A stretch of 64,000 nt of DNA from Planctomycetota bacterium. GTDB taxonomy: Bacteria; Planctomycetota; SZUA-567; H5-PLA8. A program made the position numbers and the translations under genes. The notes beneath the pieces are model-generated. The model made no database searches and was not told the origin of the DNA. It saw nothing but the letters and a program-made list of their open reading frames with translations. This document shows, piece after piece, positions 36,976 through 46,370 of the stretch. How positions within the stretch are numbered: position 1 is the first letter of the stretch; the number at the start of each line of letters is the position of its first letter. The stretch spans positions 5,088 to 69,087 of the forward strand of contig JAKLKQ010000033.1 in NCBI GenBank assembly GCA_023150555.1, given 5' to 3'.

Positions 36976-37482
36976 TCACGCGGGCTTGAGCTTCCTCGCG
37001 CGAATCAGCAGAACCAGCGAAACGGCCGGAGGAATCAGCAGCACGGCCGCCAGGAGGCCCTGCCGCTGGATCCCGTCGAAGGCCGCAAACCTCCCGCCCA
37101 CTGCCACGGCATAGGCTGTAAACAGCCCGGGGAGCGTGGTGAGCGGCGCAAGAATCCCGCAGAGATAGCCGGCCCAACGCTTCCAGGCTGCTGACATTTC
37201 CAGTGCCCGCGCAATTGCGGCTCCTAGAAAGAGTCCAACCCCCATCAGAAGCAGGAACGCGAAGTTGAAGACGAGCAGGTTCATGGGTGATTCGACGGGT
37301 TCGCCGTAGGGGTCCACCTCTATTGGCGGAACCACAGACACGTTGAAGAGGCCCAGCAGCAGACCATAGACAAGGAATCCGCAGACCATCTCGCTCAGCC
37401 GGATCTTGCTCCGCCGCAACAACAGCCACCCGATCGCAAGCGCGACCAGCCCAATCACGACAAACAGCACACGTTCAATCAT
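36976..37482 (-). CDS. Small polytopic membrane protein (168 aa)
   Basis: Four or five hydrophobic helices. The internal start MIERVLFVVIGLVALAIGWLL was chosen because it overlaps the upstream nifS-like stop by 8 bp. Confidence 0.45.
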   Translation of the reverse strand: MIERVLFVVIGLVALAIGWLLLRRSKIRLSEMVCGFLVYGLLLGLFNVSVVPPIEVDPYGEPVESPMNLLVFNFAFLLLMGVGLFLGAAIARALEMSAAWKRWAGYLCGILAPLTTLPGLFTAYAVAVGGRFAAFDGIQRQGLLAAVLLIPPAVSLVLLIRARKLKPA

Positions 37483-38686
37483 GACGCGGCTGCCGCAAAC
37501 GTCCTGATACGAGCGCCACGGCCTCGACAGCCTGGCGAATCTCAAGCGCGGTTGTTGAAGCGCCCAGCGAGAACCGCACGCCCGCCGCGGCAAGGTCCGG
37601 CGCCACGCCCATCGCTTCGAGCACGTGGCTCGGAGTGGAGGTCCCTTCCGAGCAAGCCGCGCCCGTCGAAACCGCAAGGCCCTCGACGTCCATCGCACGC
37701 ACCAAGACTTCGCCGCGAAGGCCCGGGAACGAGATGAAACTCGTGTTGGCGACGCGATCCGCCCTGCGGCCGTGCACGACGGCGTCCGGAACCTTCGCGC
37801 AGATCCCGAGTTCAAGCTGATCGCGCAGAGTCCGCAGGCGCACGGTCGATGCAGGACGTTCGGCCTCGGCCAGGCGCAGGGCCTCGGCCAGGCCAACGAC
37901 CCCCGCGACGTCGTGCGTCCCGCAGCGCATGCCGCCTTCCTGATGCCCGCCAGTAAGTTGCGGGATCACGGCGACGCCGCGCCGTATATAAAGGAGGCCC
38001 GCGCCCTTCGGCCCGCCGAACTTGTGCGCACCCATGGCCAGCGTCGCGCAGCCCAGCGCTTCGACATCCAGCGGCAGCTTTCCCGGTGCCTGCACCGCAT
38101 CGACGTGCAGCGGCACGCCCCGCCCCCGGCACGCCGCGGCGGCCTCCGCCACCGGTTGCACGACCCCGGTCTCGTTGTTGGCCAGCATCAGCGCGCAGAC
38201 CGAGGCGCCTCCTTCAATAACCGCCGCCACGGCCTCTGCCGGCACTTGGCCCTCCGCGTTTGGCGCGATCCACGTGGACGTAAAGCCCTGCGCCTCCAGC
38301 GCGCGAACGGTCTCGCGCACGCAGGCGTGCTCGATGGCGCTGCACGCGATGCGCTTCGACGTCTCGCGCCGAGCCCAAGCCAATCCGCGCAGCGCGAGGT
38401 TGTTGGCCTCGGTTCCGCCGGAGGTGAAGACGATCTCTCCGGGCGAACAGTTCAGAACCTTCGCGCATGCCGCGCGAGCGCGCTCGACAGCCACGCGCGC
38501 CTGCTGGCCGTAACGGTGCAGGCTCTCGGGGTTTCCGAAGGCGGCTTCGAGGTACGGCGCCATTGCCGCACGGACCTCGGAGCGCAGCGGCGTCGTGGCG
38601 TTGTGGTCGAGGTAGATGCCCGGCGTGCGCGCCTGCTCCTGCAGCGCGCGCTTGAGGGCCTCTGGATTGGGTACGCTCGCGTCCAT
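37475..38686 (-). CDS. Cysteine desulfurase (NifS/IscS, class V aminotransferase)
   Basis: IYLDHNATTP, FTSGGTEANNLA, the PLP-Lys motif GAHKFGGPKGAGLL, and STGAACSEG. Confidence 0.85.
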   Translation of the reverse strand: MDASVPNPEALKRALQEQARTPGIYLDHNATTPLRSEVRAAMAPYLEAAFGNPESLHRYGQQARVAVERARAACAKVLNCSPGEIVFTSGGTEANNLALRGLAWARRETSKRIACSAIEHACVRETVRALEAQGFTSTWIAPNAEGQVPAEAVAAVIEGGASVCALMLANNETGVVQPVAEAAAACRGRGVPLHVDAVQAPGKLPLDVEALGCATLAMGAHKFGGPKGAGLLYIRRGVAVIPQLTGGHQEGGMRCGTHDVAGVVGLAEALRLAEAERPASTVRLRTLRDQLELGICAKVPDAVVHGRRADRVANTSFISFPGLRGEVLVRAMDVEGLAVSTGAACSEGTSTPSHVLEAMGVAPDLAAAGVRFSLGASTTALEIRQAVEAVALVSGRLRQPRHD

Positions 38687-38877
38687 CGTTCGCGTCGGGT
38701 CTCCGTGGAACGGCTCGACCAGATTACCCGCGGGCGTTGCACTTCCCAAGGGGCTTTGTGGGGGCGTACGTTGACAGGATTTCCCAGGGCCGTACGCTGG
38801 AGTAGTTCCATTCACCGAACCTGACCGCACGCACGGCCAATCCGCGCACCGTGCGTGAATGCAGAGGAGATTCCGAC

Positions 38878-39924
38878 ATGCCGCGACCGGTTACGCTCTT
38901 TACGGGCCAGTGGGCCGACCTCCCCTTCGAGACGATGTGTGAGAAGGCCAAGTCCTTCGGGTACGACGGTGTAGAGATCGGCTGCTGGGGCGACCATCTG
39001 GACGTCCTGCAGGCCGCCGGCGACAAGAAGTACGCCGCGACGCGCAAGGCCATCGCCAAGAAACACGGCCTGGAAGTCTTCGCGATCTCGAACCACCTCG
39101 TAGGCCAGTGCGTCTGCGACAACATCGACGCCCGGCACCAGGCGATCCTGCCCGAGCGCTTGTGGGGCGACGGCGATATCGAAGGCGTGCGCCGCCGCTG
39201 CGCCGAGGAGATGAAGCTGACCGCGCAGGCCGCGAAGAACGTGGGCGTGAAGGTCGTCAACGGATTCACGGGCAGCTCGATCTGGCACCTGCTCTACAGC
39301 TTCCCGCCCGTCCCGCCGGCGATGATCGAGGCCGGCTATGCGGACTTCGGCAAGCGCTGGCGCCCGATCCTGAATCACTTCGACAAGTTGGGCATCAACT
39401 TCGCGCTGGAGGTGCACCCCACGGAGATCGCCTTCGACATCGCCTCGGCCGAGCGAGCGCTCAAGGCTGTGCGCAACCACCGCCGCTTCGGGTTTAACTA
39501 CGACCCGAGCCATTTCGTCTACCAGAACGTCGACTACGTGAAGTTCATCCGCCGCTTCGCCGACCGCATCTTCCACGCGCACATGAAGGACGCGTACCTG
39601 TCCCCGACGCTCACGGAAGTCGGCGTCTTCGGCGGCCACGTGGACTTCGGCGACCACCGCCGTGCGTGGGATTTCCGCAGCCTGGGCCGCGGCAGCGTGG
39701 ACTTCGAGGAGATCATCCGAGCGCTGAACGACGTCGGTTACCAGGGCCCGCTCTCTGTCGAGTGGGAAGACGGCAAGATGGATCGCGAACACGGCGCGCG
39801 CGAAGCCTGCCATTTCGTTAGAGGGCTGGATTTCAAGCCCAGCGCCATCGCCTTTGACGCGCAATTCGACAAGAAGAAGCAGCCCGGCAAAAAGGGCGCC
39901 AAGAAGACCGCCAAGAAGCGCTGA
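38878..39924 (+). CDS. Sugar phosphate isomerase/epimerase (xylose-isomerase-like TIM barrel) with Lys-rich C-terminal tail
   Basis: [25 protein letters not shown] and FHAHMKD are metal-binding motifs of this fold. SD AGGAG lies 8 nt upstream of ATG 38878. The tail is [17 protein letters not shown]. Confidence 0.75.
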   Translation: MPRPVTLFTGQWADLPFETMCEKAKSFGYDGVEIGCWGDHLDVLQAAGDKKYAATRKAIAKKHGLEVFAISNHLVGQCVCDNIDARHQAILPERLWGDGDIEGVRRRCAEEMKLTAQAAKNVGVKVVNGFTGSSIWHLLYSFPPVPPAMIEAGYADFGKRWRPILNHFDKLGINFALEVHPTEIAFDIASAERALKAVRNHRRFGFNYDPSHFVYQNVDYVKFIRRFADRIFHAHMKDAYLSPTLTEVGVFGGHVDFGDHRRAWDFRSLGRGSVDFEEIIRALNDVGYQGPLSVEWEDGKMDREHGAREACHFVRGLDFKPSAIAFDAQFDKKKQPGKKGAKKTAKKR

Positions 39925-39951
39925 AGAAAGCGCCACTAAGGAAATCTAGAA

Positions 39952-40476
39952 ATGGCCGACGAAGAGAAAAAGGACGGCGTCCCCGGCTTCCGGTTTCCCG
40001 AGAAGCGCGTGGACAGCTCCTGGAAGGAGGAAGTCCGTCGGGAGCGCGAGCGCATGGCGCAGCAGGCCGAGGCCAAAGCGGCCACGCCCAAAGAAGGCGC
40101 GCCGGGCGAGACCGCCCCCGCCGCCAAGGGCGCCAAGCCCAAGGAAGGCGCCGGGGACGAAAAGGCCAAGCCTGACGAGACGAGCAAGGTCTTCCTTAAC
40201 TTCATCGCCAGCCTGGTGCAGCAGACGCTGATGCAATTGGGGCAGATGGAAAACCCCATGACCGGGCAGCGCGAGTTGGACCTGGAAGGCGCGCGCTATA
40301 CCATCGACCTGCTCACCGCGCTGGAAAAGAAGACCGCAGGCAATCTGAGCGACCACGAGGAGCAGGGCCTGTCGCAGTCGTTGCGCGACCTGAAGATGTA
40401 CTACGTCGAAGTTGCCCGGATGGTCCAGCAGAAGATGAAGGAACAGCTCGACAAGAAACCGCCCGGCCGCAAGTGA
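39952..40476 (+). CDS. DUF1844 domain protein
   Basis: FLNFIASLVQQTLMQLGQMENPMTG matches the conserved DUF1844 core. The N-terminal region is acidic and Lys-rich. Confidence 0.5.
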   Translation: MADEEKKDGVPGFRFPEKRVDSSWKEEVRRERERMAQQAEAKAATPKEGAPGETAPAAKGAKPKEGAGDEKAKPDETSKVFLNFIASLVQQTLMQLGQMENPMTGQRELDLEGARYTIDLLTALEKKTAGNLSDHEEQGLSQSLRDLKMYYVEVARMVQQKMKEQLDKKPPGRK

Positions 40477-40501
40477 GCGCCGGGCGGACGCCGCATCCAG
40501 C

Positions 40502-41608
40502 TCAGATCTTCTTGAACTTCACCCGCTTGGGCGTGTGCTTCAACGGCAGCTTCACCGCCTTGCCGGTCAGCGCCGACGCGTAGATGCTCAGGATCAGCTC
40601 GATCGACTTGCGCGCCTCGGCCCCCTCGACCAGGGGCTTCTCGGCGCCCGAGATGGCGTGGACGAAATTCTCGAACTGCTTCTGGTGGCCTACGAAGCTG
40701 ATCGCGCGCGGATCGGCGGCGCCGCCCTTGCCCGCGACATCGGGTTTCGGCGCGTACTCCGCGCGGATGCGGTCGTCGCCCGGCTGGCCCTTCGTAAACT
40801 GCCACTGCACCAGGTTACCGCCGCGCAGCCACGCCGAACCTTCCGAGCCGCAGATGTGAAGCTCGACGACGTTGCCCGGCCACATCGCGGTGCTGCCCAC
40901 AATCACGCCGATGGCGCCGGACTTGTACTTCAGCGCGGCAACTGCGGCGTCCTCGACCTCGATGCGCTTGTGGATCAGGTTCCCGGCATACGCGCTGACT
41001 TCCTTGATCGGGCCCGCCAGCCACTGCAACAAGTCGATGGTGTGGATCGACTGGTTCATCAGCGCGCCGCCGCCGTCGAGCTGCCAAGTGCCGCGCCACG
41101 CGCCGCTGTCGTAGTACTCCTGCGTACGGTGCCACGGGATGATCGCGTTGCAGACCGTCAATTGCCCGAATCGCCCGCCCGCGATGGCGAGCTTGATCTC
41201 GTTGACCGCGCCGCCGGTGCGAGAAGGAAAGATGCCGCCCAGCGTGACCTTGTTCTTCTTGCAGGCCTTGATGATGCCGTCGCAGCGCTCGAGCGTGACT
41301 TCCAGCGGCTTCTCGACGATGACGTGCTTCTTGGCCGCAGCCGCAGCAGCCACCGGCTCCAAGTGCGCGCCCGAAGGCGTAGCGATGGTGACCGCGCCCA
41401 GGCCGGGGTGCTTCAGGAAGGCGTCGTAGTCGTCGGTGTAAACCTTCGCGCCGAACTGCTTGGCAAATTTCTCGGCATTCGGGCCGCCTTTGCGCGAGAA
41501 CCCGCAAACCAGGTGGCCGCCGTCCATCGCCTGGATCGCATTCGCGTGGAACTCCGCGATCATCCCCAGGCCCACGACGCCGAATCCGATGCCGCCCGAA
41601 CTGGCCAT
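40502..41608 (-). CDS. Gfo/Idh/MocA family NAD(P)-dependent oxidoreductase
   Basis: IGFGVVGLGMIAEFHANA is a Rossmann motif. The EKPL motif is present. SD GAGGAGG lies upstream of ATG 41608. Confidence 0.85.
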   Translation of the reverse strand: MASSGGIGFGVVGLGMIAEFHANAIQAMDGGHLVCGFSRKGGPNAEKFAKQFGAKVYTDDYDAFLKHPGLGAVTIATPSGAHLEPVAAAAAAKKHVIVEKPLEVTLERCDGIIKACKKNKVTLGGIFPSRTGGAVNEIKLAIAGGRFGQLTVCNAIIPWHRTQEYYDSGAWRGTWQLDGGGALMNQSIHTIDLLQWLAGPIKEVSAYAGNLIHKRIEVEDAAVAALKYKSGAIGVIVGSTAMWPGNVVELHICGSEGSAWLRGGNLVQWQFTKGQPGDDRIRAEYAPKPDVAGKGGAADPRAISFVGHQKQFENFVHAISGAEKPLVEGAEARKSIELILSIYASALTGKAVKLPLKHTPKRVKFKKI

Positions 41609-41771
41609 GACGCGCCCCTCCTCTTTCGAGTTCCCGTTCCGTTCGATTGTGCGAAGCGCCTGCATTCTGGCCCAAGGCCCGGGCGATGCAACTGTAGGCA
41701 CGCGGACTTTTTTCCTGATGCCCCGCGGCGGCGGCGGTATCATCGGGCGCCGCTAATGGGAGGCTGCTCGA

Positions 41772-42575
41772 ATGAACCGCCTGCGCATCGGACTGTGGCT
41801 CAACGACCTTCGCGTATCGTTGCGCGAAGCGCTAAAACGCGTGCAGCCGTGGGCCGTTGAGGACGTGGGGCTCGACGCCTTCGCGAAGGAAGTCGCGCCG
41901 CGTGAACTGAGCGTCACCGGACGCCGCCACTTGGCGCACCACCTGCGCGGCGCCGGATTGAATCTCGTCGCCTTGCGCGCGGATCTGGGCGGGCGGCGAC
42001 TCGCCGAACCCAAGGCCCTCGACGCAAACCTGACACGCCTGCGCGAGGCTTACGAACTCGCCCGCGACTTGGGCGCGCGCCGGCTTTGGCTTCCCCTGGG
42101 ATTCATTCCCGAGAAGGAGGAGGCCGCAGAGAACCTCGCTGCCGTCGTCGAGGGCACGCGCGCGGCGCTGAGCATGGCCGCATCGGCGGGCGTGCGCCCC
42201 TGCGTGCCCGTGGGCAGCGAACCGCCCGAACGGTTGGCGGCCTTCCTCAAGCAGCACGATGCCGGCGGCTTGGCCGAGGCCGATCTGAATCCCGGCGGCC
42301 TGGTCTCGCGCGGCGCCGAGCCTTTGAAGGGGCTGGAGGCGCTCCCCGAACGCGTCGCGATGGCAACGGCGGCCGACGCTTTCCGCGGAGGCGGCGAGGC
42401 GCCCTTCGGCAAAGGCGACGTGCGTTGGGGCGAGATCGTCGTGGCCCTGTCGACATTGTCGCGTAACGAACCGCCCTCGGTCCTCGCCGGCTGTACGCGC
42501 GAATGCGACCGCGCCGAGGCGCTGCAGACGGCCATCGAAGTCCTGAGAAAGCTGCGGGTGAACCCGATCGCATGA
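41772..42575 (+). CDS. Sugar phosphate isomerase/epimerase family (TIM barrel) protein, divergent
   Basis: MNRLRIGLWLNDLRVSLREALKRV...ARDLGARRLWLPLGF shows weak xylose-isomerase-like barrel features. Confidence 0.5.
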   Translation: MNRLRIGLWLNDLRVSLREALKRVQPWAVEDVGLDAFAKEVAPRELSVTGRRHLAHHLRGAGLNLVALRADLGGRRLAEPKALDANLTRLREAYELARDLGARRLWLPLGFIPEKEEAAENLAAVVEGTRAALSMAASAGVRPCVPVGSEPPERLAAFLKQHDAGGLAEADLNPGGLVSRGAEPLKGLEALPERVAMATAADAFRGGGEAPFGKGDVRWGEIVVALSTLSRNEPPSVLAGCTRECDRAEALQTAIEVLRKLRVNPIA

Positions 42576-42973
42576 ACGGCGAGATGAAACACGGCGTCGT
42601 CGCGGTACTGAACGACGGCGCGGGGCGCTACCTGCTGATCCGCCGAGGCCTGGAACTGGCACGCGCGCCCGGCGTGTGGTGCTTCGTCGGCGGCGAGGTC
42701 GAGACCGGGGAGTCGCTGGAGGCGGCCATCGAGCGGGAAGTGATGGAAGAGGTCGGCCTGCGCGTGCGGGCGCTGGAGAAAATATTCGAATCGATCTCGC
42801 CCAACGGCGAGTTCAAGCTTCACTGGCTGCGCGTGCAGCGGCTGGACGACGCCGCGCCACGCCCACACCCAAAGGAAGTGGACGAGATCCGCTGGCTGCG
42901 GATCGAGGAAGCCGTGGCGCTCGAACCGATCCTACCCACGCTGCGCGCGTGGCTGCAGGACCGGATCGAATAA
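42572..42973 (+). CDS. NUDIX hydrolase
   Basis: GGEVETGESLEAAIEREVMEEVGL matches the Nudix box GX5EX7REUXEEXGU. Start overlaps the upstream stop (ATGA). Confidence 0.65.
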   Translation: MNGEMKHGVVAVLNDGAGRYLLIRRGLELARAPGVWCFVGGEVETGESLEAAIEREVMEEVGLRVRALEKIFESISPNGEFKLHWLRVQRLDDAAPRPHPKEVDEIRWLRIEEAVALEPILPTLRAWLQDRIE

Positions 42974-42988
42974 ACCACCGGCGAAACG

Positions 42989-44005
42989 CTACTTCCCCTT
43001 TTTCGTGTCCTTGAACGAGAAGGCCTTTTCAACGGCGACGGGTTTGCCGTCGGCTTCCGCGTAGGGATAGACGAAGTAGTTCAGCGCGGGGCCCGCCTGC
43101 TTGGGCACAAGGTCCACGTCGCGCCCGACGGTCAGTTGCACGCGGCTGGGCGTCAAATTGCCATAGTAATACTCGCCGTATTTCTCCTTCTCCTTCCAGG
43201 CCTCGCTGATGTCCACGGGCACCCAGCCGATGCCGCCGAGGTAGAACTTGGCCCAGCAGTGGTAGCCGCCAATCGGCCCTTCGGTCTTGTCTTCCGGCAA
43301 CGGGATGCCCATCTCGAACTTCACCGGCACGCCGCGGCTGCGCGCGATGGACATGAAGAGCGCGTGGAAATCGGTGCAGTTGCCGTACTTCGTTTCGCAA
43401 GCCCACATGGTGCTGCCTTTGCCCCACCCCTCGCCTTCCTTGCTGTAGCGCATGTTGCCAAGCACGTAATCGTACGCTTTGCGCGATACGGCCACGGGCG
43501 TGTCGGCGTCGCCGACGGCGGTCTTCACCACCTCGTTGACCGGCTCGCCCACGGGAACCAACGCGTCGGCCTGTAGGAAGGGCCCCAGCACCGCCTTCTC
43601 TTCGGCGGTCAGCGCACGTGCCGTGTCGAGTTCCTTCGCAGCGATCTCCTTGCGCTTGCAGCGGAAGGTCATCGCCACGGTGAACGCTTTCAGCGCATCG
43701 CCCTCCAACTTCCAGTAGGCGATCTTGTTACCGTGCTCGGGCTCCACAGCAACCGCGGGCTCGCCCAGTCCAGCAAACTTCAGGTCGGAGATGTCCTGGT
43801 GCGCGGTTTTCTGCGGGACCGGCAGCCAGAGTTCCAGCTTTTTCGTGCCGGCGGGCACTTCCTTCAGACTTGCCTGGTAAGTGAGTTCAAAGTCGCGCTT
43901 CTTCTCGCCGGACGCAGCTTCCTTCTTGAGAACCTTCTCGCTGTCGGCAGCCGATAGCGAGAACAGCAACCCAAACGCAAGACAGACCGCGGCCATGCGC
44001 TCCAT
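42989..44005 (-). CDS. Secreted transglutaminase-like cysteine protease domain protein
   Basis: Signal peptide MERMAAVCLAFGLLFSLSAA. CTDFHALFMSIARSRGVPVKF...GYHCWAKFYL is the Cys/His transglutaminase-core pattern. Confidence 0.65.
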   Translation of the reverse strand: MERMAAVCLAFGLLFSLSAADSEKVLKKEAASGEKKRDFELTYQASLKEVPAGTKKLELWLPVPQKTAHQDISDLKFAGLGEPAVAVEPEHGNKIAYWKLEGDALKAFTVAMTFRCKRKEIAAKELDTARALTAEEKAVLGPFLQADALVPVGEPVNEVVKTAVGDADTPVAVSRKAYDYVLGNMRYSKEGEGWGKGSTMWACETKYGNCTDFHALFMSIARSRGVPVKFEMGIPLPEDKTEGPIGGYHCWAKFYLGGIGWVPVDISEAWKEKEKYGEYYYGNLTPSRVQLTVGRDVDLVPKQAGPALNYFVYPYAEADGKPVAVEKAFSFKDTKKGK

Positions 44006-44296
44006 TGTCGCACTCCTTGAATAGAGAGGATGTAAAGGAAAGACGGGGACGGACGATCGGACGCCTACGCCTCGCGGGCAGGCGCCAAGGACTCCTCGAG
44101 CAATTCGGTATGGCCAAGCGCGCACACGCGCCTCCCGGCTGGCAACGTCACGCGGCGCACGCGCCGCGATACGCGGCCAGCGATTCAGTGACGATTCGGT
44201 TGCCAGCGGTGCACCACGATTTGCTCCTTAAAGCACCCAACCACGAAGTCTGGGTCCACATAAGAACCTTAGAAGCACGCGCGCGCAAGCGCCGAA

Positions 44297-46297
44297 TCAG
44301 CTCTTCGCGAGACGGCGCTTGTCGCCCACGCGCATGGTCACACCGCGCGCATCGAGATGCTCCAGCAGCGGGACGGCATACTTGCGGCTGGTATTCAATG
44401 CCTTGCGGATGTCGGACGTCGTCCACTCCGGCCCCTGCGCGAAGAGTTCGCGCACCCTTGCCAACATCAAGTCGTAGACGCTGCGGTGCAGATGAAACTC
44501 GTTGGAGATCGGGACCGCCTTACCGGTGTCGGCGAGGTAGCGCAGGACTTCTCGCAATGCCTTCGGCGGAATCGCCAAAGCTGCCTCCAATTCGGCCGTC
44601 GAAGGCGGAGCCAGCGCGCCGGCCTTCAGCGCGGCTTCCGCTTTGCGTGCGTGATCGGCCCACTTCGCGTCCAGTTTCGGCTCGCGTCCGGCGAGTTTGA
44701 CCTGGTTTGCTTCAAGCTTGAGCAGACCGCGTGCGGCCAAGAGCGAAAGCAACTCATCGAAGTACAGCGCAATCGCCCCCCAACGCGCGCGCAGCCGGGC
44801 CTTCATGCACGTCTTCAACTCCGGTTTGTCCACCGAAACCAGCGCGGGGTGTTCCTTGAAAAAGCCGGCCATGCAGGCGCCCACTTCTTTGCTCCAGGCT
44901 TCAACAGCGCCGGCGCCAAGGTAGGCTTCGCCCGGCTTCAGCGTGCATGCAAGCCCGGCCTTTTCCAGGGCAGCCAGGTCTTCCCCGACCTGAACCGGCA
45001 AACGCCCCAGCGCGGCGCAGAGGTCGCCGCAGGTCCTAGCGGCCGGCGAGCCATGCAGGATCACGTTCAGGAATGCGCGAGGATCCTCGAGCGCAGCCAG
45101 CCGCGCTTGGAGGTGCTCGATGACCTCCGGTGCCTGGCGCTTGAGTGTGCGCTCCTCGTTGTCGAGGATCGTGCCTCCACCAAGCGTCACCATGGGCGAC
45201 TGGTAGCGCAGGATGAACCGGTCCCCCGGACAGAGCACCGTGGGCTCCTCGAGCAGCACTTGCACGAAGGACTCCGCGCCCGGCGCAAGGCGCTCGCCAT
45301 CCAACAGGCGCACACGTCCGAGCAACTCGGCGGTCCCGGCGTGAAAGCGCACCGGCGCCCGGTGCTTGAGCGGGTACGGCGCGTCCGGCAGGTGAATGAG
45401 CTTCGCCGCCACGAGTTTCGACGGGCGAAAGACTTCCGGTGTCGCTGCAACCATACCGCGCGTGACGTTCTTGCGTTCCACGCCGGCTACATTCACGGCT
45501 GTCGAGTGGCCCGCGCGGGCGCAGTCGATGCGTTCTTTGTACGCGTGAAGGCCCTTCACCCGGCCCACGCCGCCGGCGGGCAGGACCGCCAGCGCGTCGC
45601 CGATGCGCAGCGTGCCGCTAAGCGGCACACCCGTGACCACACAGCCGAAACCCTCCTTGGCGAAGACGCGCTGGATCGGCATACGGAACGGCCCTTCCGC
45701 CGGACGGTGCACCAGTTCCGCGAGGGCGGTCTCCAACCGGGCGCGCAGATCATCCAAACCCTGGCCGGTCTTCGACGAGACCGGGACGATGGGCTTGCCT
45801 TCAAGGCAGGTGCCCTTCGCCAAGCCGGCAACCTCCTCGGCGACAAGCTTCACGAAATCGGGCTCGGCGAGGTCGGTCTTCGTGATTGCGACCATGCCGT
45901 CGCGCACGCCCAGCAGGCGGATGATCTGCAGGTGCTCGCGCGTCTGCGCCATCACGCCGTCGTCGGCGGCGACAACCAGGAGAACAAAGTCGATACCGGT
46001 GGCCCCGGCGACCATGTTCTTGATGAAGCGCTCATGCCCCGGCACGTCGATGATGCCGACGCGCAGGCCGCTCTTCAGAACCAGGGGCGCGAAGCCCAGG
46101 TCGATGGTGATGCCGCGCTCCTGCTCTTCCTTCAGGCGGTCGGGGTTGATGCCCGTCAGAGCCTGGACCAGCAGGGACTTCCCGTGGTCGATGTGGCCTG
46201 CGGTGCCGAGCACGACATTGAAAATCTTCTCGTCGGCCGCGGAGCCGGCGGCGGGCAGAACGGGAGGCGCGGGGGGCGCGGGTGTGGACTTGGCCAT
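44297..46297 (-). CDS. selB: Selenocysteine-specific translation elongation factor SelB
   Basis: GTAGHIDHGKSLLVQALTG, DVPGHERFIKNM and TKTDL are the G domain. The long C-terminal extension with winged-helix character is typical of SelB. Confidence 0.85.
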   Translation of the reverse strand: MAKSTPAPPAPPVLPAAGSAADEKIFNVVLGTAGHIDHGKSLLVQALTGINPDRLKEEQERGITIDLGFAPLVLKSGLRVGIIDVPGHERFIKNMVAGATGIDFVLLVVAADDGVMAQTREHLQIIRLLGVRDGMVAITKTDLAEPDFVKLVAEEVAGLAKGTCLEGKPIVPVSSKTGQGLDDLRARLETALAELVHRPAEGPFRMPIQRVFAKEGFGCVVTGVPLSGTLRIGDALAVLPAGGVGRVKGLHAYKERIDCARAGHSTAVNVAGVERKNVTRGMVAATPEVFRPSKLVAAKLIHLPDAPYPLKHRAPVRFHAGTAELLGRVRLLDGERLAPGAESFVQVLLEEPTVLCPGDRFILRYQSPMVTLGGGTILDNEERTLKRQAPEVIEHLQARLAALEDPRAFLNVILHGSPAARTCGDLCAALGRLPVQVGEDLAALEKAGLACTLKPGEAYLGAGAVEAWSKEVGACMAGFFKEHPALVSVDKPELKTCMKARLRARWGAIALYFDELLSLLAARGLLKLEANQVKLAGREPKLDAKWADHARKAEAALKAGALAPPSTAELEAALAIPPKALREVLRYLADTGKAVPISNEFHLHRSVYDLMLARVRELFAQGPEWTTSDIRKALNTSRKYAVPLLEHLDARGVTMRVGDKRRLAKS

Positions 46298-46370
46298 GGC
46301 ATGGGCGCGCAACTGCGCGCGTGAACAAAGAATACCGTTTGCGGCGTTTCCTACAAGCGTGAGGCGGGCG

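Noticed and set aside
44006-44296. A 291-bp intergenic region downstream of selB and upstream of the transglutaminase-like gene. It could hold a small RNA or regulatory element.
   Set aside because: It is GC-rich with no convincing stem-loops, conserved boxes or ORF. It is most simply the promoter or 5' UTR of the transglutaminase-like gene.
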